NCBI RefSeq assembly: GCF_036321535.1 | Contig: NC_087437.1 | Coordinates: 94,676,001-94,740,000 of the forward strand | Source of the DNA: Camelus dromedarius | Taxonomy: Eukaryota | Direction: 5' to 3' | Length of the DNA: 64,000 nucleotides | Part shown: piece by piece, positions 38,105-52,195 of the stretch | Position numbering within the stretch: position 1 is the first letter of the stretch | Layout: every line of letters begins with the position of its first letter | Notes under the pieces: model-generated | Database searches by the model: none | What the model saw: only the letters and a program-made list of their open reading frames with translations | What the model was told of the DNA's origin: nothing | Made by a program: the position numbers and the translations under genes

Positions 38105-39199
38105 AGAATAATTTAAATACTCTTAGCCAGTTCCCATTTGCTATTAATTTGAACCATAGGAAACTGTTGATATTCAAATTCCCTTTTTAAAAAAGGCAAC
38201 TTCCTGTAGTCCAATCAAATTTATTTGCAAGTGCTTGGTCGGTCAGAAAACCAGTTTAAGAGCATGTGCATTCCCTTAATTTATGGAATATATATTTAAT
38301 AAAGTTATGGAATATACATACACACATATATGTAATGTAGACATAAATATCTAAAAGGATGAGAATAAATAAACAATATTCACTTTTATTTTTTGGAGTA
38401 TGAAATTTATATACATGCATATGCTTTCTGATTCTGCATTTTTAGTATTTTTTATCTTGGTATTTTCTGTTTATGTGCATCCTTAGTCCTGGTTGTCAAT
38501 GTTAGAGGTTGAGGACTGGAGTTAATATACTCCATAGTGTGTTGCTCTCTAAAGGTGATGAGGATGAAATTTGAACCTATTTCTGATGAGGTATCATTCC
38601 CCCCATTTGGTTTTAAAACTCAGGAAAGTAATTTGACCATCTATAAATTTGTAAAAGGTAAAATCTTAAGAAGATTATATCAAATGTTACATTCTATAGT
38701 TTTAAGGGTTTCAATTGCTATTAAAAATAGGGAAAATGTAAGTCCTAAATATATAGTTTTTTAATCAAAGAAAGGAAATTTTGATAATGGAGTTCTCACA
38801 AAATTTACTTTTTGGAGAATGCATTTTCCTCCCTGTGAATAGCAGAAACACTCATTTGAATATTTCTATCCTTAATGAAAGCCTCTATTAATAGTAAATG
38901 CATCTATTTTGGGTAGGAGAGAGAAAAATAACAATAACAAAACCAATAGTCATGCACTTTGTATGGTGATGCTGAACATGCTCGCATTGTCACATTTGTG
39001 TTTTACAGTCGCCCTGCCAGGCAGGCAGGAATGCATATTATCCCTCTTCAATGACTGATATCAGGAAATGCTATAGTCTGCTAGCATTTTTTCCAGAGGT
39101 ATTATTGTAGAAAGACATTACTACATGTCTACTCTTTATTAAGTTATATTCTCTAATCTGAAACTACTGATCTACAATATGGCCTATCCTTGAGTCTAA

Positions 39200-40200
39200 A
39201 TGTAGTAAGGAAGGGAGATGAGCAAATGCAAAATTAGTGAGAAGAGGGTGCTGGACTTTGTGTGGTGGGCAGTTGAGAAAGAGTGAACATCGTTATGAAG
39301 GGGAATAATAGTACCAGGCTTGTGTTTAGGAAGATCATTTGAGTAACCATGGAAGAATATAGTAATCAGAAATATATTGATATCAATGATCCTTAAAGAG
39401 ACTAGATAGTGTCCAGAAAGAAAACCAAAATGGAAGCCTACACTACAGAGAATGGAAAGAAATACCAAGAGTCTGATAATGATTGTGAAGTAGGTTGAAT
39501 GCCTAACATGATTAGGATAATCACAGAATTTATCATCCATACTACAACACTTTTAAGAGTGAAAGAGATTTCAATTAATAATGGAGATGAAATGGTAGGT
39601 ATAAACTGAAACCATCCCAAGCAAACAGGGATGAGCTGTCATTCAAGACATGCTGGAAAAAAGAATCAAAGAAGCCTTTGTGAAACTCATTGAAGTAGAT
39701 GGAGATAACATTTCTAAAGACAGGGAACTCAGGGATAGTTAGTTGTAGGAAAATTGAATGAGTTCTGTTTTCTGGTCCCGTGCATTAGAATAAAAATACA
39801 CAGAAATCATTTTGAAATTAGAGTCTATATGTATCTCTGGAATTAGAAAAATACCAGAAATAGACATCAGAGTTCTTGGCATTCTGGGACTGGTTGCAAG
39901 CTTTGAAGTAAATGACATCATCAAGATAAAAGGTAGAGGGGAAAGAAAGGAACAGTCTGATATATACGGTGCTGGGGAGAGTGGGGGTTCACAGAAGTCA
40001 AAGGAGGAGAGAATTTGAAGACACCCAGAGAGGTAAGCAGTCTCAAGTGTTGGAGAGTGTTGAGATAGAACAGCTACTAAAAATGGGTCACTGAATTTGA
40101 CATTTAATTGGTCATAGGTCATACTTTTCAAGAGTGGTTTCAGTGGAATGACACAGAAGCATTCAGATTTTAACAGGATGACAACAGATGGAGGAGTTGA
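39200..40200 (-). mobile_element. Diverged L2
   Basis: ggactttgtgtggtgggcagttgag..., cactgaatttgacatttaattggtcataggtcatac...gagtggtttcagtggaatg. Confidence 0.65.
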
Positions 40201-40244
40201 ACAATATCCACTAGATATAACTTGACATTTAGCTTCTGCTCTGT

Positions 40245-40400
40245 GCTCATTTTTATTGTAAACACTTTACATAGATATTCTCACGTAATCTTCAAACTGT
40301 CCTGATGAGGAAGTTGTTGCTTAAAATCACTGCTTGTAAAAAAGCGGAACCTAGATTGAAACATAAGTCTATTTTAGAGCCTATTCTTTTAACCCCTGAG
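40245..40400 (-). mobile_element. MIR fragment
   Basis: aaacactttacatagatattctcacgtaatcttcaaac...gaacctagattgaaacataagtct...ttttaacc. Confidence 0.6.
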
Positions 40401-40834
40401 TGTTGGCTATTTTCTCATCTATGAAGAGTAACCAACTCACAGCGGTTAAGAGACTGGGCTCAAAATTCCCATTACAACTTTGAGTTATTAAAAAAGTGAT
40501 GGTCTCCCTAAAAAAGTTATCAAAATTTGTGTCCCCCCATCTTTCATTCTCCACTCAAAGTAGAAAAACTACAATATTCTGCACCAGCATTCCTCGATTT
40601 CTAATTTACTGTATCAGATAGGCTTAATAGCATTGGGAAGGCATGATACATGGGACAAGTATGGAAGACAGGCCCAACATGGCAATGACTTCTGTACAGA
40701 GAAAGAAGTCCTGAGTAATTTGTCATAGATAGAACACTGAAAGGGTAGGAGAGAGAAACAGTCCATTTGGAAGAGTAGAGTGGATTATGTTTCAAAGGAA
40801 AAGGGAGAGACTTTTTCAGATTTGACGAGGTTAG

Positions 40835-40965
40835 GCCTGATGCTGACAGCTGTTCATGATTTGTGACCTTGAGCAAGTCATTTAATTTTTCAGTCTCAGT
40901 TTTCTTATTTGTGAAATGAGAAGTTTGGGTTAAGTGATCTCTAGTGTTTCTTCCAGTTATATTAT
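40835..40965 (+). mobile_element. MIR core fragment
   Basis: tgtgaccttgagcaagtcatttaatttttcagtctcagttttcttatttgtgaaatgag. Confidence 0.85.
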
Positions 40966-42859
40966 TTTAAAATAGTTTTAAATATTTGTTTCAATGATAT
41001 ACTGTCTGTGCCTGTGAATAAACAATGATCTTTTTATTGCCTTAGGGGAAATCACATGAAAATATTAATTGGGTAGTGTAATGGGTCCTAGCTTTGAGGT
41101 TTCACATGAGTTTTTTTTTTTATTTAGTCATGCTGTAGAAGTGTATTTTTATATTGAATAATCAGAAAGGTCATTAATAAATTGTCTGTTGTAAAATAGT
41201 GCCACCCACTTTTGGAATATCTTTCTCCCTGAAGTTAAAACCCATTCTAATAATCTCGTGCATTAAGACTACTATTTCATTCCTATCATTCATACTTTAA
41301 TATCTTTCTCTTGAAGTGCTGTCAAGAGAAATTTATGACAGCAACAGATTCATTTGATCTTGTAATTACATGGCTTATAGCATTCTCTCCAAAACTGGTA
41401 ATTATTTCTTACAAAAAATAACTTGTTATTCAAGCATTATTCGTTTAGTAAAACTGTGATACACAAAATGTTTTCTTTGACGAAAAAGATCTGTTTGTCC
41501 AGCCAATTATGGTAAAGTCTTGTCAGGGCAGGTTTAGCTTACCCATTTCTCTTGGCAGGCCTGTGGCAGATGGTTTGGACATTCACTCTGTGACTGCTTC
41601 TCTGACACATTCTTAGAGGATCAATTCCTTGAGCAATAGATGAGAGATGGACTATTTCCTTAGGCTCCCCTTTGTTTTTCCTTTTTTTTAAAGGGGATTC
41701 TGAACAAAAGAAATCTGGGCTTCTGGTCCAGTGTCCTTGCCTGCTTTATAGTATTTCAGCCTTCAAATAAGAGATAACACTTCTTCATATATGGACACAC
41801 CAATTGGAGAGTCTTAGAAATTTGGATGCAGATTAAGGAAAAAATGGTACTTGTGAGTTTGCCTTTTGGAAACCATTTATTTTCCTATTGATTTCTTATT
41901 TATCATGTCATAACAACTTTGTCTGAACCCAAACTGAAGCCTCTATTTGCAAATGCAATAGTTAAGTATTCAAAAACAATTACAGTTCTTACTAAGTGAT
42001 CTTTACTTGTATCTTGTGGCCATAATGATATATCTCTCTGTCCCTCTTAACTCCCAGTGATAATGTCAACAATAAAACCCATTCATAAAAAGTGTATACC
42101 TCAGATTAATTTGGAAGAGTACCGTATATAGTTCATAGATATAAATATCTCTGCATATTATACTGAAAATTTCAGTTTTTGCATTCCTAGGTGGGGCTAT
42201 AATGATGGAATGCTATATTGGGGTGAGGATGGGGAAGTAGGAGGTTTGGGAGAGTTTTTGAATGAAAACAATTACACTATGACCAAAAAATAGTATTCCT
42301 TACTTTATAATTGGACTGAGTCACAAGCTGTTGAAATGGTCATTTACTATTTCTTAGACTGCAAAATAAGCTCAACATTAAAATGATAATGATACCGAAT
42401 GTGTAGAATTCTTTGGCCTGTGAGTACTACTATAGGACCTATATTGTGATCTGTTACTGCTATTTTTAATAATTCATTGAGAACTGTGCTGTTTTGTTAG
42501 AGCAGTGCTTTGGGGGTATCCTTAAAACATTCTTCCTTTTTCTCCAGTTTTGAACATGTTCTGTTTCAGGTCTTCACAACACAGCTGTCCATCTATCACA
42601 CTAGCATCCTTTCCCGGCACACACCCAAACTAAAAGTATTGCTTTCCTTTGCGAGTTGGGCAAATATGCACTGAAAATTGGCTGCCCATCTTATGCATTT
42701 ACTTCTCAGATTTGCTTTCCCTCACTCTCACTCTCGTTTCTCCCTTCAGGCCTCCAACACCTCCTTCCACCATTCCCTCTGTCCCTGGCATATATGCACC
42801 AATATTTCACATTCTGAAATATGAACAGTAATCTGCAGTAATCATTTTCATTGTGCCTT

Positions 42860-44300
42860 TGCCTAGTCTATCAACTATATCCATATTATATGCATATTTT
42901 CTGCCTTCCCTTCTAGTGCAACAATCCCCCTATTTTGTTAAAAGCTCCTTTTGCTCTTGATCTGATCATCTCTCGCCTCAACGAATATTTTTTCTGCAGT
43001 CTTTTTTTTTCTGACATTAATATCTCTTTCTTTCAAAAGGAGCTTTCTTGTCATCCTCTCCTAAGATCCTCCATCTTGAAAAAAAAAAAGAATTATCTCT
43101 TAGACTTTCTCCCTCCATGTTCTCCTTTTCAGCAGAAATTCTTGAGTTCTGTATACTGCCCTTGCCCCTACCTCACTACAGTCTCTCCTAGTCATGTTCA
43201 GATAGGAACCCACACTAAGCACTCCGTTGGAACTCATCTTACTGGAAACATCAGCCCTCTATATATTGTCAAACACAGTAGTCACTTCTCCTCTTACTTT
43301 GGCTTCATAACATCATTTGACACTCACTCCTTCTTAAACATACACATCTCTAGGCTTCCACTGCACCACACATACTTTGTTCTCATACCTTGTCAGTTAC
43401 CCTCTCTCAGTCTCCTTTTCATATTTCCTATCCTTTTCTTAATATCTGAATATGTGTACCCTAAGCTTGCAGCTTGTTTTACAATCTTTCTCTAAATAAT
43501 CTCTTACAGTCACTTGCCTATAAATGTCATCTTATGTGTCTGTAACTAACAACTTTATATCTCTAGCTCCATAATTCCTCCCTCTCTTCCATTATTCCAT
43601 TCTTTCTTCCTTTCTTTTTTAGTTTGAACTCCATAATCGTATATCCAACTACTTACCAGACATCTCCAACTGAATGTAAAGTAAGCATCACAAGCACTAT
43701 ATGGTCCAAACAAAATATTTGATTTTCCCACCACTTCATCTCCATCTGGTCCTCCCTCTGTCTTTCCCATCGAGTATTCAATATGTCCATTCATCCAGTT
43801 GAAAGTATTGGATTCATCTTGTTACTTCTTACTCTCTCCCATTCAATCCAGCTGCAGGTTTGTTTGACTCTATCTCCAAAATAGATCCTGCATTAATCTA
43901 CCTCTCTTCATCTCCACTATTACCATTAATCCATACCTGTACTCTTATACTCCATTTCTCACAAAGAAACAAAAATGAGTCTAATTAAACCTAAGCAAAA
44001 TCACATCACTCCTTCACTTAAAACTGGCCAGTAGCATCTTGTTTCACTCAGATGAAAATCCAAATTCCCTTTTTTGACCTCAGTACTCTTTCTAACCTGG
44101 ACCATAACTGTACCTCCAAACTCAGCTTCAGTGACAATCCTTCAGACCCAAGAAAGGCATAGAGCCCTCACAAATGACAGGTCTGGTCTTATCCCAGGGT
44201 CTTGACACTTGCTGTTTCCTCTGTTCAGGATGATCTTCTCCCAAGTTGGATGATGAATGTGTCCACTTAGATGTTCAGAGTTCTCCTCCAAACTAGTTTT
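42860..44300 (+). mobile_element. Long L2 remnant (degraded ORF2 into 3' UTR)
   Basis: catccaactacttaccagacatctccaactgaatgt...catcacaagcact...caatccagctgcagg...ctatctccaaaatagatcc...tcacatcactccttcacttaaaac. Confidence 0.85.
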
Positions 44301-44379
44301 TTTATGTGATTTTGGCTAATTTTGGCTAATACTGTCTCACTTATTTTCGTATGACTCTGTCTTGCTTTTTTTTGGATCT

Positions 44380-44720
44380 TATTGTTATTGGAAATCAGAT
44401 TGTGTATTTCTATGTTTTCTTATTTATTTTCTATATCCCTTAACCTTGATTCCATATTTTTAGCTCCATTTCCCATCATGAGAATCCTGGTTTTCAACTA
44501 TACTAATATATGCATTTATTTGTTCTACCCTACAATATGCACAAAACAATTACTAGTACTAACAGTACTGCCAAGTACAGTTCAAATTTTCTTTGCATGT
44601 CTTATCTTTGGAATCTATGTTGCTGAAGGTGTCCAGTCAGGATTTTGTGTTCAAAAGTTAGGTAAGAGTTTTTTTCTCTGTGGTAATATTATTTGATATA
44701 TAGTTATGTATATAGTCTGT
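44380..44720 (-). mobile_element. L1MC/MD-type fragment
   Basis: ccatttcccatcatgagaatcctggttttcaac...catttatttgttctaccctacaatatgcacaaaa. Confidence 0.55.
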
Positions 44721-46254
44721 TCCAGCAGACATCCCCCTCTCCACCTGCCTCTCTCACTCCTCTTCCCAGGGAAGCTGACCAAGGGAGACAGGAGAGAGAG
44801 GGGTAGAGATACTGATACACTCAAGTCCCAGGCTCTAACTCTCTCTATAGTTCTCCCTATCCCTGTTTAATTATATGAATGTATAAATTCTCATTTAGGT
44901 AGTTGGATAAATCTTGTATGTTCCCCTTTCGAAGAGTTTACATTCTAAATTTGCTTGGAATGTATCCATGCATTACATAGGTAGGCATGGCATCAGGCAG
45001 AACAGTCCAGGGGCTGCAGCAGGAATATCAAATGTTCTGGGAAAGGGAGAAAAGACCATACTTCCAGTATGACGGATTAGTCAAAAGATGACATTGACAG
45101 TGATCTTTCAAAGGTTTAACAAAGAGATGAGCTTGTAAGTATTCCATTCAACTTAACAAATATGTGTCAGGCAATTCTAATATGCCTCTATCACATGAGA
45201 TATTGCTAATCACACCAATATTAGGAGAACACAGCCTCTGCTTGCAAGAAACTCCTAGGCTACCCACATGACAGGTCACAAAGACTGCCTTGACATCATC
45301 TCTCAAAGCCATTATGCGTCTCTAATTTATCCTGTACATCGCAGTCAGAATAATATTGCTAAAGCAAAGTTCTGAACATTTGATTATTTTACTCTAAAAC
45401 CTTTCATGGCATTCCATTTTCTAGATAGAGTCTAGAATGAACATTTTTATGGCTCATTCTTGTACTTTAAAGAAATGGAGCACTTCTCATGGTGTATTTT
45501 AAAATTTATTTATGAAGTACATAAATGTGTCATTGTGTCGATGGGCATTGTGAAATGTATGAAAATAAATACTGGAGAACAGGCAGGAATGAGATCAACA
45601 TGAAATAAGTCATTTAAACAGATATCTTGCTAACCATTGACAGCATTTTACTATCATTAGCTAATATTTGAAGGCATTATACATAGAAACACACTCATGC
45701 ACGCAGGTAGAGTCATACTTTAAATAGTAGTCTGAACATAATCTCTTTTGAATTGTAGATGTCCCTGATTTTCATCCAATAATGCAGTAGTGATAGTCAC
45801 TGTTCCTATTGTTTCCTCTGCCATTTTCTGGTTCACTTATACCTGCATTATCATCAGCCCATAGTTTCTTTGCAGGGATCTTTTCATGTGCTTGCTCACT
45901 TCACGAGGTCTAACTTAGTTCAGACTAAATATGGTGATCTCAAATGTCCTTCCCTGGGTGCATCTAAACTCTTAAATCATTCACAAAGTGCTGAAAGCAG
46001 GCAGATGAAGGAGGATTCCACTTGCCACCCTGTCTAGATTGCAAAATTACTACCCTGCTCTTTTCAGGAAGCTGTGCCTTCTCATATATGACAAATGACC
46101 ATTCTGATATATGTCTGGCTGAAGAAGTCAGTGTAAACCTGTGTGATAAATAAGAATAAAGCTTAAGTTTTCTTGTCTTTTTGGTACAAAATAAGAATAG
46201 TCTAATAATAAGGCTATTATTATCTTTCCACACTCAAAGCATCACCTGTCATAC

Positions 46255-46560
46255 TCTGAAAGGTGTGGGTGCTCCACTGTGCCAGGGAATTAGGTCCAAA
46301 ATCCTTCATCTGGCTTCAGACATCTCTGTGACACGACTCTAGTGTAGTCGCTTTAGTGCAGGCGGTACTTACTTGGAAGTGTTTCTCCCCGTCTCCTGCT
46401 TGGGCCACCCTCCCCTGCATCTGTGCTTTGATCCATGTTATACCTCTACTTGAATGCCCTGTCGGCTGTAACGTGAGAGCCACGAGCATCTCTCAGTCAT
46501 TTTTCATTGCCTCACATCGAGCACAATGACTGACAAAGAATGTGGGTCTAACTGAGAACT
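46255..46560 (+). mobile_element. Diverged L2 3' region
   Basis: ggtccaaaatccttcatctggcttcagac...cctctacttgaatgccct...gagcacaatgactgac. Confidence 0.55.
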
Positions 46561-49500
46561 CATTCTTGATCTTACTCTACTAGTTGATAGTAAGATCTCC
46601 CCAGTTTCTAATTAGTGAGATTTTTACCCTGGCATGTGCTATCCCTTCTTCCCTTCATTAACAAAGCAGCCTTAATGTTACTAGTATATCTGTAAAATTT
46701 ATTTCCCTTTTCTTCCCTGCATTTTAAATTCTCCGTTACATATTCAATGAGTTTATAAAATCGAAATTATTTGAATAAATGAATTAATAGATGTATAAAA
46801 GTCTCTGGAATTCCAAATAAAGTGATGTTCATAGTAGTTTTTTTCCCATGTATTTTTGGTGTAAATCACACATCCTGGTGTCCTCTGCTTCTATTTAAAA
46901 CATCCTTAGGTAGAGCATGTAAAAAAATCTTGGGTAAAATCTATTACTGTGACATTATGACATCCAGGCATTTTGAAAATGAGATACTTCTTCCCAATAA
47001 TTGAGGACTAATATAAAGATGACTTCAAATTTTTGAATTACTTTTCAAGAACTGTCAGAAGCAAGCATTTTATATTGGATTTAATATCATGCATTCTGCT
47101 TGATGTTTTTCAGAAGGGAATCATTAAAATATTTGATTTATAAAGGGCGTTTGAATTGTTCTCTGTAAATCTGTACCATGGAAGCTAATTCCTTACCACA
47201 GCCCTCACCCCTTGAAGATCTGTATTTCTGAAGCTATCTCCACTGAGTTTCTCTATTTCTTTGCTCATATATTTTTATATGTTTTTTTTTCCCTTCAACT
47301 GAGAATGACTCTGCCAGCTAACTTAATTTTATTTATTCCATGTTCTACTGGTACCAACTGATTCACAAGGACCAAGCGAGATCCTTTCTGTTACAGAAGT
47401 TTAAGTTCCAGCCCAAGGGACAGTTCACAAGAAGTTGCAGGTTCATGACTTATTATTGCATGAGTCTCAGATTCCACATTTTTATCCAGCAAGCTTTATG
47501 TCGCCTTTAGGATTAGCTGGTCTTGTGGAAAGATAACCCGTGAAGGCAGGGAGATATTTCATGCAACAGTGTAATATTTCAATGAAGATACTTATAAAAA
47601 AACAAAACAAAACCCTGTTTAGCAAGAGTTTATCTTCACCAACAGAGCATTCCCTATACACTTCAGCTCCAGGCCCCAAAGTCTTAAACTTCTTGAATTT
47701 GCAGTCCTAAAAAAAGGAATTTCCAAACATTTGTGACAACATGTGCACATCAGACAACATAAGGTTCAGGATTAGACATATACAGAAAACTTCAAAATAA
47801 CTGAAACCATCTACTATTGATAAGGTATGCGTTTTTTTTGTTTTTTGGGGGTTTTTTTGTTTCTTTTTAATCCAAACTCAAGTGCCAGAATTTAAGAAAC
47901 ACAAATAGTCGAAGTCCTAGTGAATGAAAATTGTTCTCACTCATATAAGAGATAGATCTTTCTGAACACATGATTAAAGGCAAGCATGTTTTGTGGCACT
48001 CTCCATTTGAGTTGCTAACTTTAATTTTTAAAACATTATTGTAATTCTGTATCGTCACATTTCTGTCAGTGAAACTTCACACAGCGGTTTCTGTGTGCCC
48101 CACCCTTGTAAGAAAGCAAAAGATGCTGAACTGTCCTATATGGGATGAGATTACTTGCACAGTCACTGAGCCTCATGCCTTCTCTTTTTAAAGTAGATTA
48201 TTATGAGATCATTTTATCCTCAGTTTAACGGTTTCACAGCGTTTGCCTTCACAGAATCATGACTCTGTCTATAATTTTAAAATTTGTGTGTGTTTGTGTG
48301 TGTGTTTAACTTCCCATAACCTATACATAAATAGATCTTAATGCAACATTTAGGACTTAATATCATATTGATTTGCTAAAAGAGATTAGGCATGTAAGCA
48401 TTAGAAGAAAGCCTTCACAATCAAGCTCAACTATATTGTTTAGTGATAAACTCTCACTGACCTCTTAATACAATAATTAAAAAAATCTCCTCTGTTCAGT
48501 GCCTGATTGGATTTTCTCAGATTTATGTATTCTTTTCCTCTTGATTTCTTAGTTTTTTTTTTTTCCAATTTGTGTGTAATTGCCCTTTACTCAATGAGAT
48601 AAACATTTAACAGATGAATGGCTATTTATACATTGTTTTCATTGCTGACTATATTTAGTTAGATACGTATCTTATGTTTGTTTTTCTTATATATTTTAAG
48701 ATGTAAAATTTCGAAAACAATTTTTATCATTGTGTTTTTTACTCATAGGTGGAATTTAAATAATAGAATTTTTAGCTTCAGAAGACAAGATGACAAAAGT
48801 GAAGGATAACACGTTGAAATTGATAATCAGTTATAGAAATAGTATTAACTTTAAAAAACAAAATAATGAAAGTATAAAATGTTTGCTATAACTCTGGAAT
48901 ATTATTAAATTTTGAACTAACCTACCAATATTTTCTTTCAGGCATCAGTTGATTGTTCTCAATAGCTTGTTTTTAAATGGATTAGATATTTTGATGCACT
49001 GCATATGTGATATATCCAGCCCATCTGTTACGAAAAATAAGTGAAATTATCTCTAAACTAAACCAATAGTCCTCAAAATAAACAACTAAAAAAATAAGGC
49101 ATATGGCACAAACTATTACTGTGGAGTATCATCTAATCTTAAAAAAAAAAAAAATAGCCTAATAACTAAGCATTTACACTGTAACTCACAAAGAACCAAA
49201 GCTACTCACAGTTAAGGGGCCAGTTAACTGACCTGCCCAGTCATCTATATTGGCAATTCATTTAATGAAACTTAACAAATGAAGGAAGGGGAAAGTATTG
49301 ATATGAAAGCCAAGTGAGACATGAGTTTACTAATTATATGAATTTTGAAAGGGACATGGAAACTGTCATGCCTACTTTTCTTATGAAGTTTTGCTATAGG
49401 TTAATAGACTAAAAAAATGTTCTTTTCTGGGGAATGCTTGGCCAAGAAAGAAAAGGGGGAAAAATGTGGCTTCATTCCAGCTCATAAAAAAAAGCAGAAC

Positions 49501-52034
49501 TGAAAGGGACAGAGAGATGAGACTAAGTGTCATGGGCGTGTTTATAATATACCATCCTTAAATTAAAGAATCACAGTAAAACTGAATCTCTAGATCCATT
49601 TTTTTTTTACTTAGTTTTTAATGTTCAAAGCCACTTACTATATTTCAGTTATTTAAAAATGTTGATAAAATAATTTATTCACGTATTTTTAAATATGGAA
49701 AATCTTGTGGAGATTTTTTTTCCTCACTCTATTTTTGACCTTTCAGGGTTAAAAATGTAATAGTAAGAAAATAATAAATAAAAAATTTAAAATACTTCCA
49801 GCTCCCCAGTGAAATAAAAGCAATACAAAAACTCTATGCAGCATGTGAAGTAGTCAAAAATGATGATATGTCATTGTATGGCATTGATCTCGCATACTTA
49901 GACTTTGATCTAAAAGGAAATCTTGGCAGGCAATTAACCTACATGTAAAGATTTGTATAATAGAAAGCTCTTTTTGAATTGCAAATAGGTAATTCTCTTT
50001 CTCCCCAGCAGCCCATTGAAGACTCCTCTTTTTTTAATACGAACTATATCTTCCATAGTTTATTAGCATCAACTCTTTGAACTGTCCTTGATGTCATCTG
50101 TTACAGGAGTCCTGCTTAGAGTTGCTTCCCCATTCTATTTCTTAGGATGTAGATTCTATGTAAGGGGAAACCAGCTGACATACACCAGAGCCTACTGGAT
50201 GATGCCAGCTTCTAAACACTTGTCTCATTACCTATGCACCTTATCAACTAAAAGTTGATGATAAGGAATTGAGAACAGAGGGAATATAATGTAACAAAAA
50301 ACAAATTAGATATTGTTTTAGGGAAACAGACATTGTATATCAAGAAAGACCAGTTATTGATCCAAAAAACTTAAGGATATGAAATGAGACTACAATTAAA
50401 ACTTGGTTCCATAATCAAGTGTTGAAGAGAAAGTGTTAGGAAAGTACCAGCCTTATTAAGAATCATGGCTTCAACTTAACTTTCAGTAGCATCTGGCCTA
50501 AGAAGCATTAAGTCCCTCCTTACAGCCTAAGCTGTAGACCATGTTATCCAGTTACTTCACATGAAAATTGTTTAATTAGCTGACAGCATCTGTTATAACT
50601 CTACCCACCATCTTCAGCTTTGCATTTGAGACCTCTGAAAATCTGGTCACGCCACATCTTTCAAAATTTATGTTCCAAATACTTTGCTAGACAAGTTTAC
50701 CTTAGCCAAATGAGTCTGACTTTTCCTTAAGTATATTTTATCACTATTTCTACCTTTATATTTTTTCTTCTTGCCAGATGCCTTCAGTTCTAAGTTGTAC
50801 AGTGCGTTTATCGTTATTAAGGGCATATTTCATATGAACAGCCCTGTTGTTGCTTGTATGTGTTTCTGTCATTAGATAAATTAAGGCCGAAGTGGTTGGC
50901 AAAGATTACTTTAGATTTGGTCTCCTGTTCAATTACTTTGGAGATAATCCGTTTATCCATTCCAGTGCTCTCCTCAATTAAAGATAAGTTTAAGAAGAAA
51001 CTATTAAACTCTTTCTTACTAAATTTAAAATACTACCCACCACATATTTTCATTTCTAACATGGAGCAAATAGATGGATTTAAATTACAGAATTTCAGGC
51101 ATCCATAAAACTCATGAAAGAAAGAGCTTAAGGGACAAAAGCTTCTGAAAACAAAGATTACAGATACCTTGTCATAGTACTGACCACCCGTTGACCATCC
51201 ATTCATAATTAGATGAAGTAATGTTATACACAATGCAAAGGTTTGGGGAATAAGAAGGACTTTGTACTTTTTACATGATTTTTAATAGGTTGATGGTCTC
51301 AAAAATGAAGTAAGTTCAAACTTAGTGAAGATTGAGGCTTTTGGGAATATTTTTTAAAGAGTACAGCAATGCATTAAAATAAAATAGCACCTCTTTGGTT
51401 AAACTTAAAAAAAGTGACATGGATTGGAAATGATGTACAATATAGATCCTAACTACTAAAGCAAAGAGAACCCACCAGAACTTTTGAAGTCACCTGGTCT
51501 CTAATTGTGTGAAAGTTCATCACGCTCAGACCCAAATCTGGTCTATAGTGTAAAATATACTTGTGTACTTTGAGAGGAAGCTCTTAACTCTTTCATATTT
51601 ATTTAAAGCCTCAGGTACAAACCAGATACAATCTCACAGCTTCACATTTTTCTGTAGTCATTTTTGTAAATGTAGAAATTCCCTTCTTTCTAAATAAATT
51701 TGCAATACTATTATCATCTAGCAAAAATGAAGACAAGCATCTCAGATGTCCATCAGTTTTCAGCTCTGAACACTTAATTAATTGAACCTGTGAGTTTTTC
51801 AGAGGCCATTCACACTCAGACACACTCACTGAGGGTGAAAAATGCTGATTTAATAGGCCGTTGCCTGTTTGTGGGCCTCTGCTCAAAGCCCAGTCAGCAC
51901 TTCCAAGCTATTCTGATGGCAGTTTTATAGAGATAGATTTCTTTCAAACTTGATCTAAACTTCTAATCTTCTAACAAATTTATTTCATGTTAGTTGGTCT
52001 TCAGCACACTACGTTATTTGGAATTAAACAGGGT

Positions 52035-52195
52035 TTGGGAAATAGAAGGCTTGGGCTGAACGTCTGGTCTATCATTTCGTGGTTGTGTAATCCTGAGCAA
52101 TTAGCTTCTCCCAACTCTGGTTTCCTAACCTGCAAGGTCTTAACACTGTTAATATTGAGAGGACTAAAGGAGACCAATGCAATTCCATTTAACCC
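52035..52195 (+). mobile_element. MIR fragment
   Basis: gcttgggctgaacgtctggtct...ttgtgtaatcctgagcaattagctt...ctctggtttcctaacctgcaa. Confidence 0.6.

Noticed and set aside
42935..43495. Longest ORF (186 aa)
   Set aside because: Lies in a pyrimidine-rich degraded L2; non-ATG start, low-complexity F/L/S/H composition, no recognisable domain
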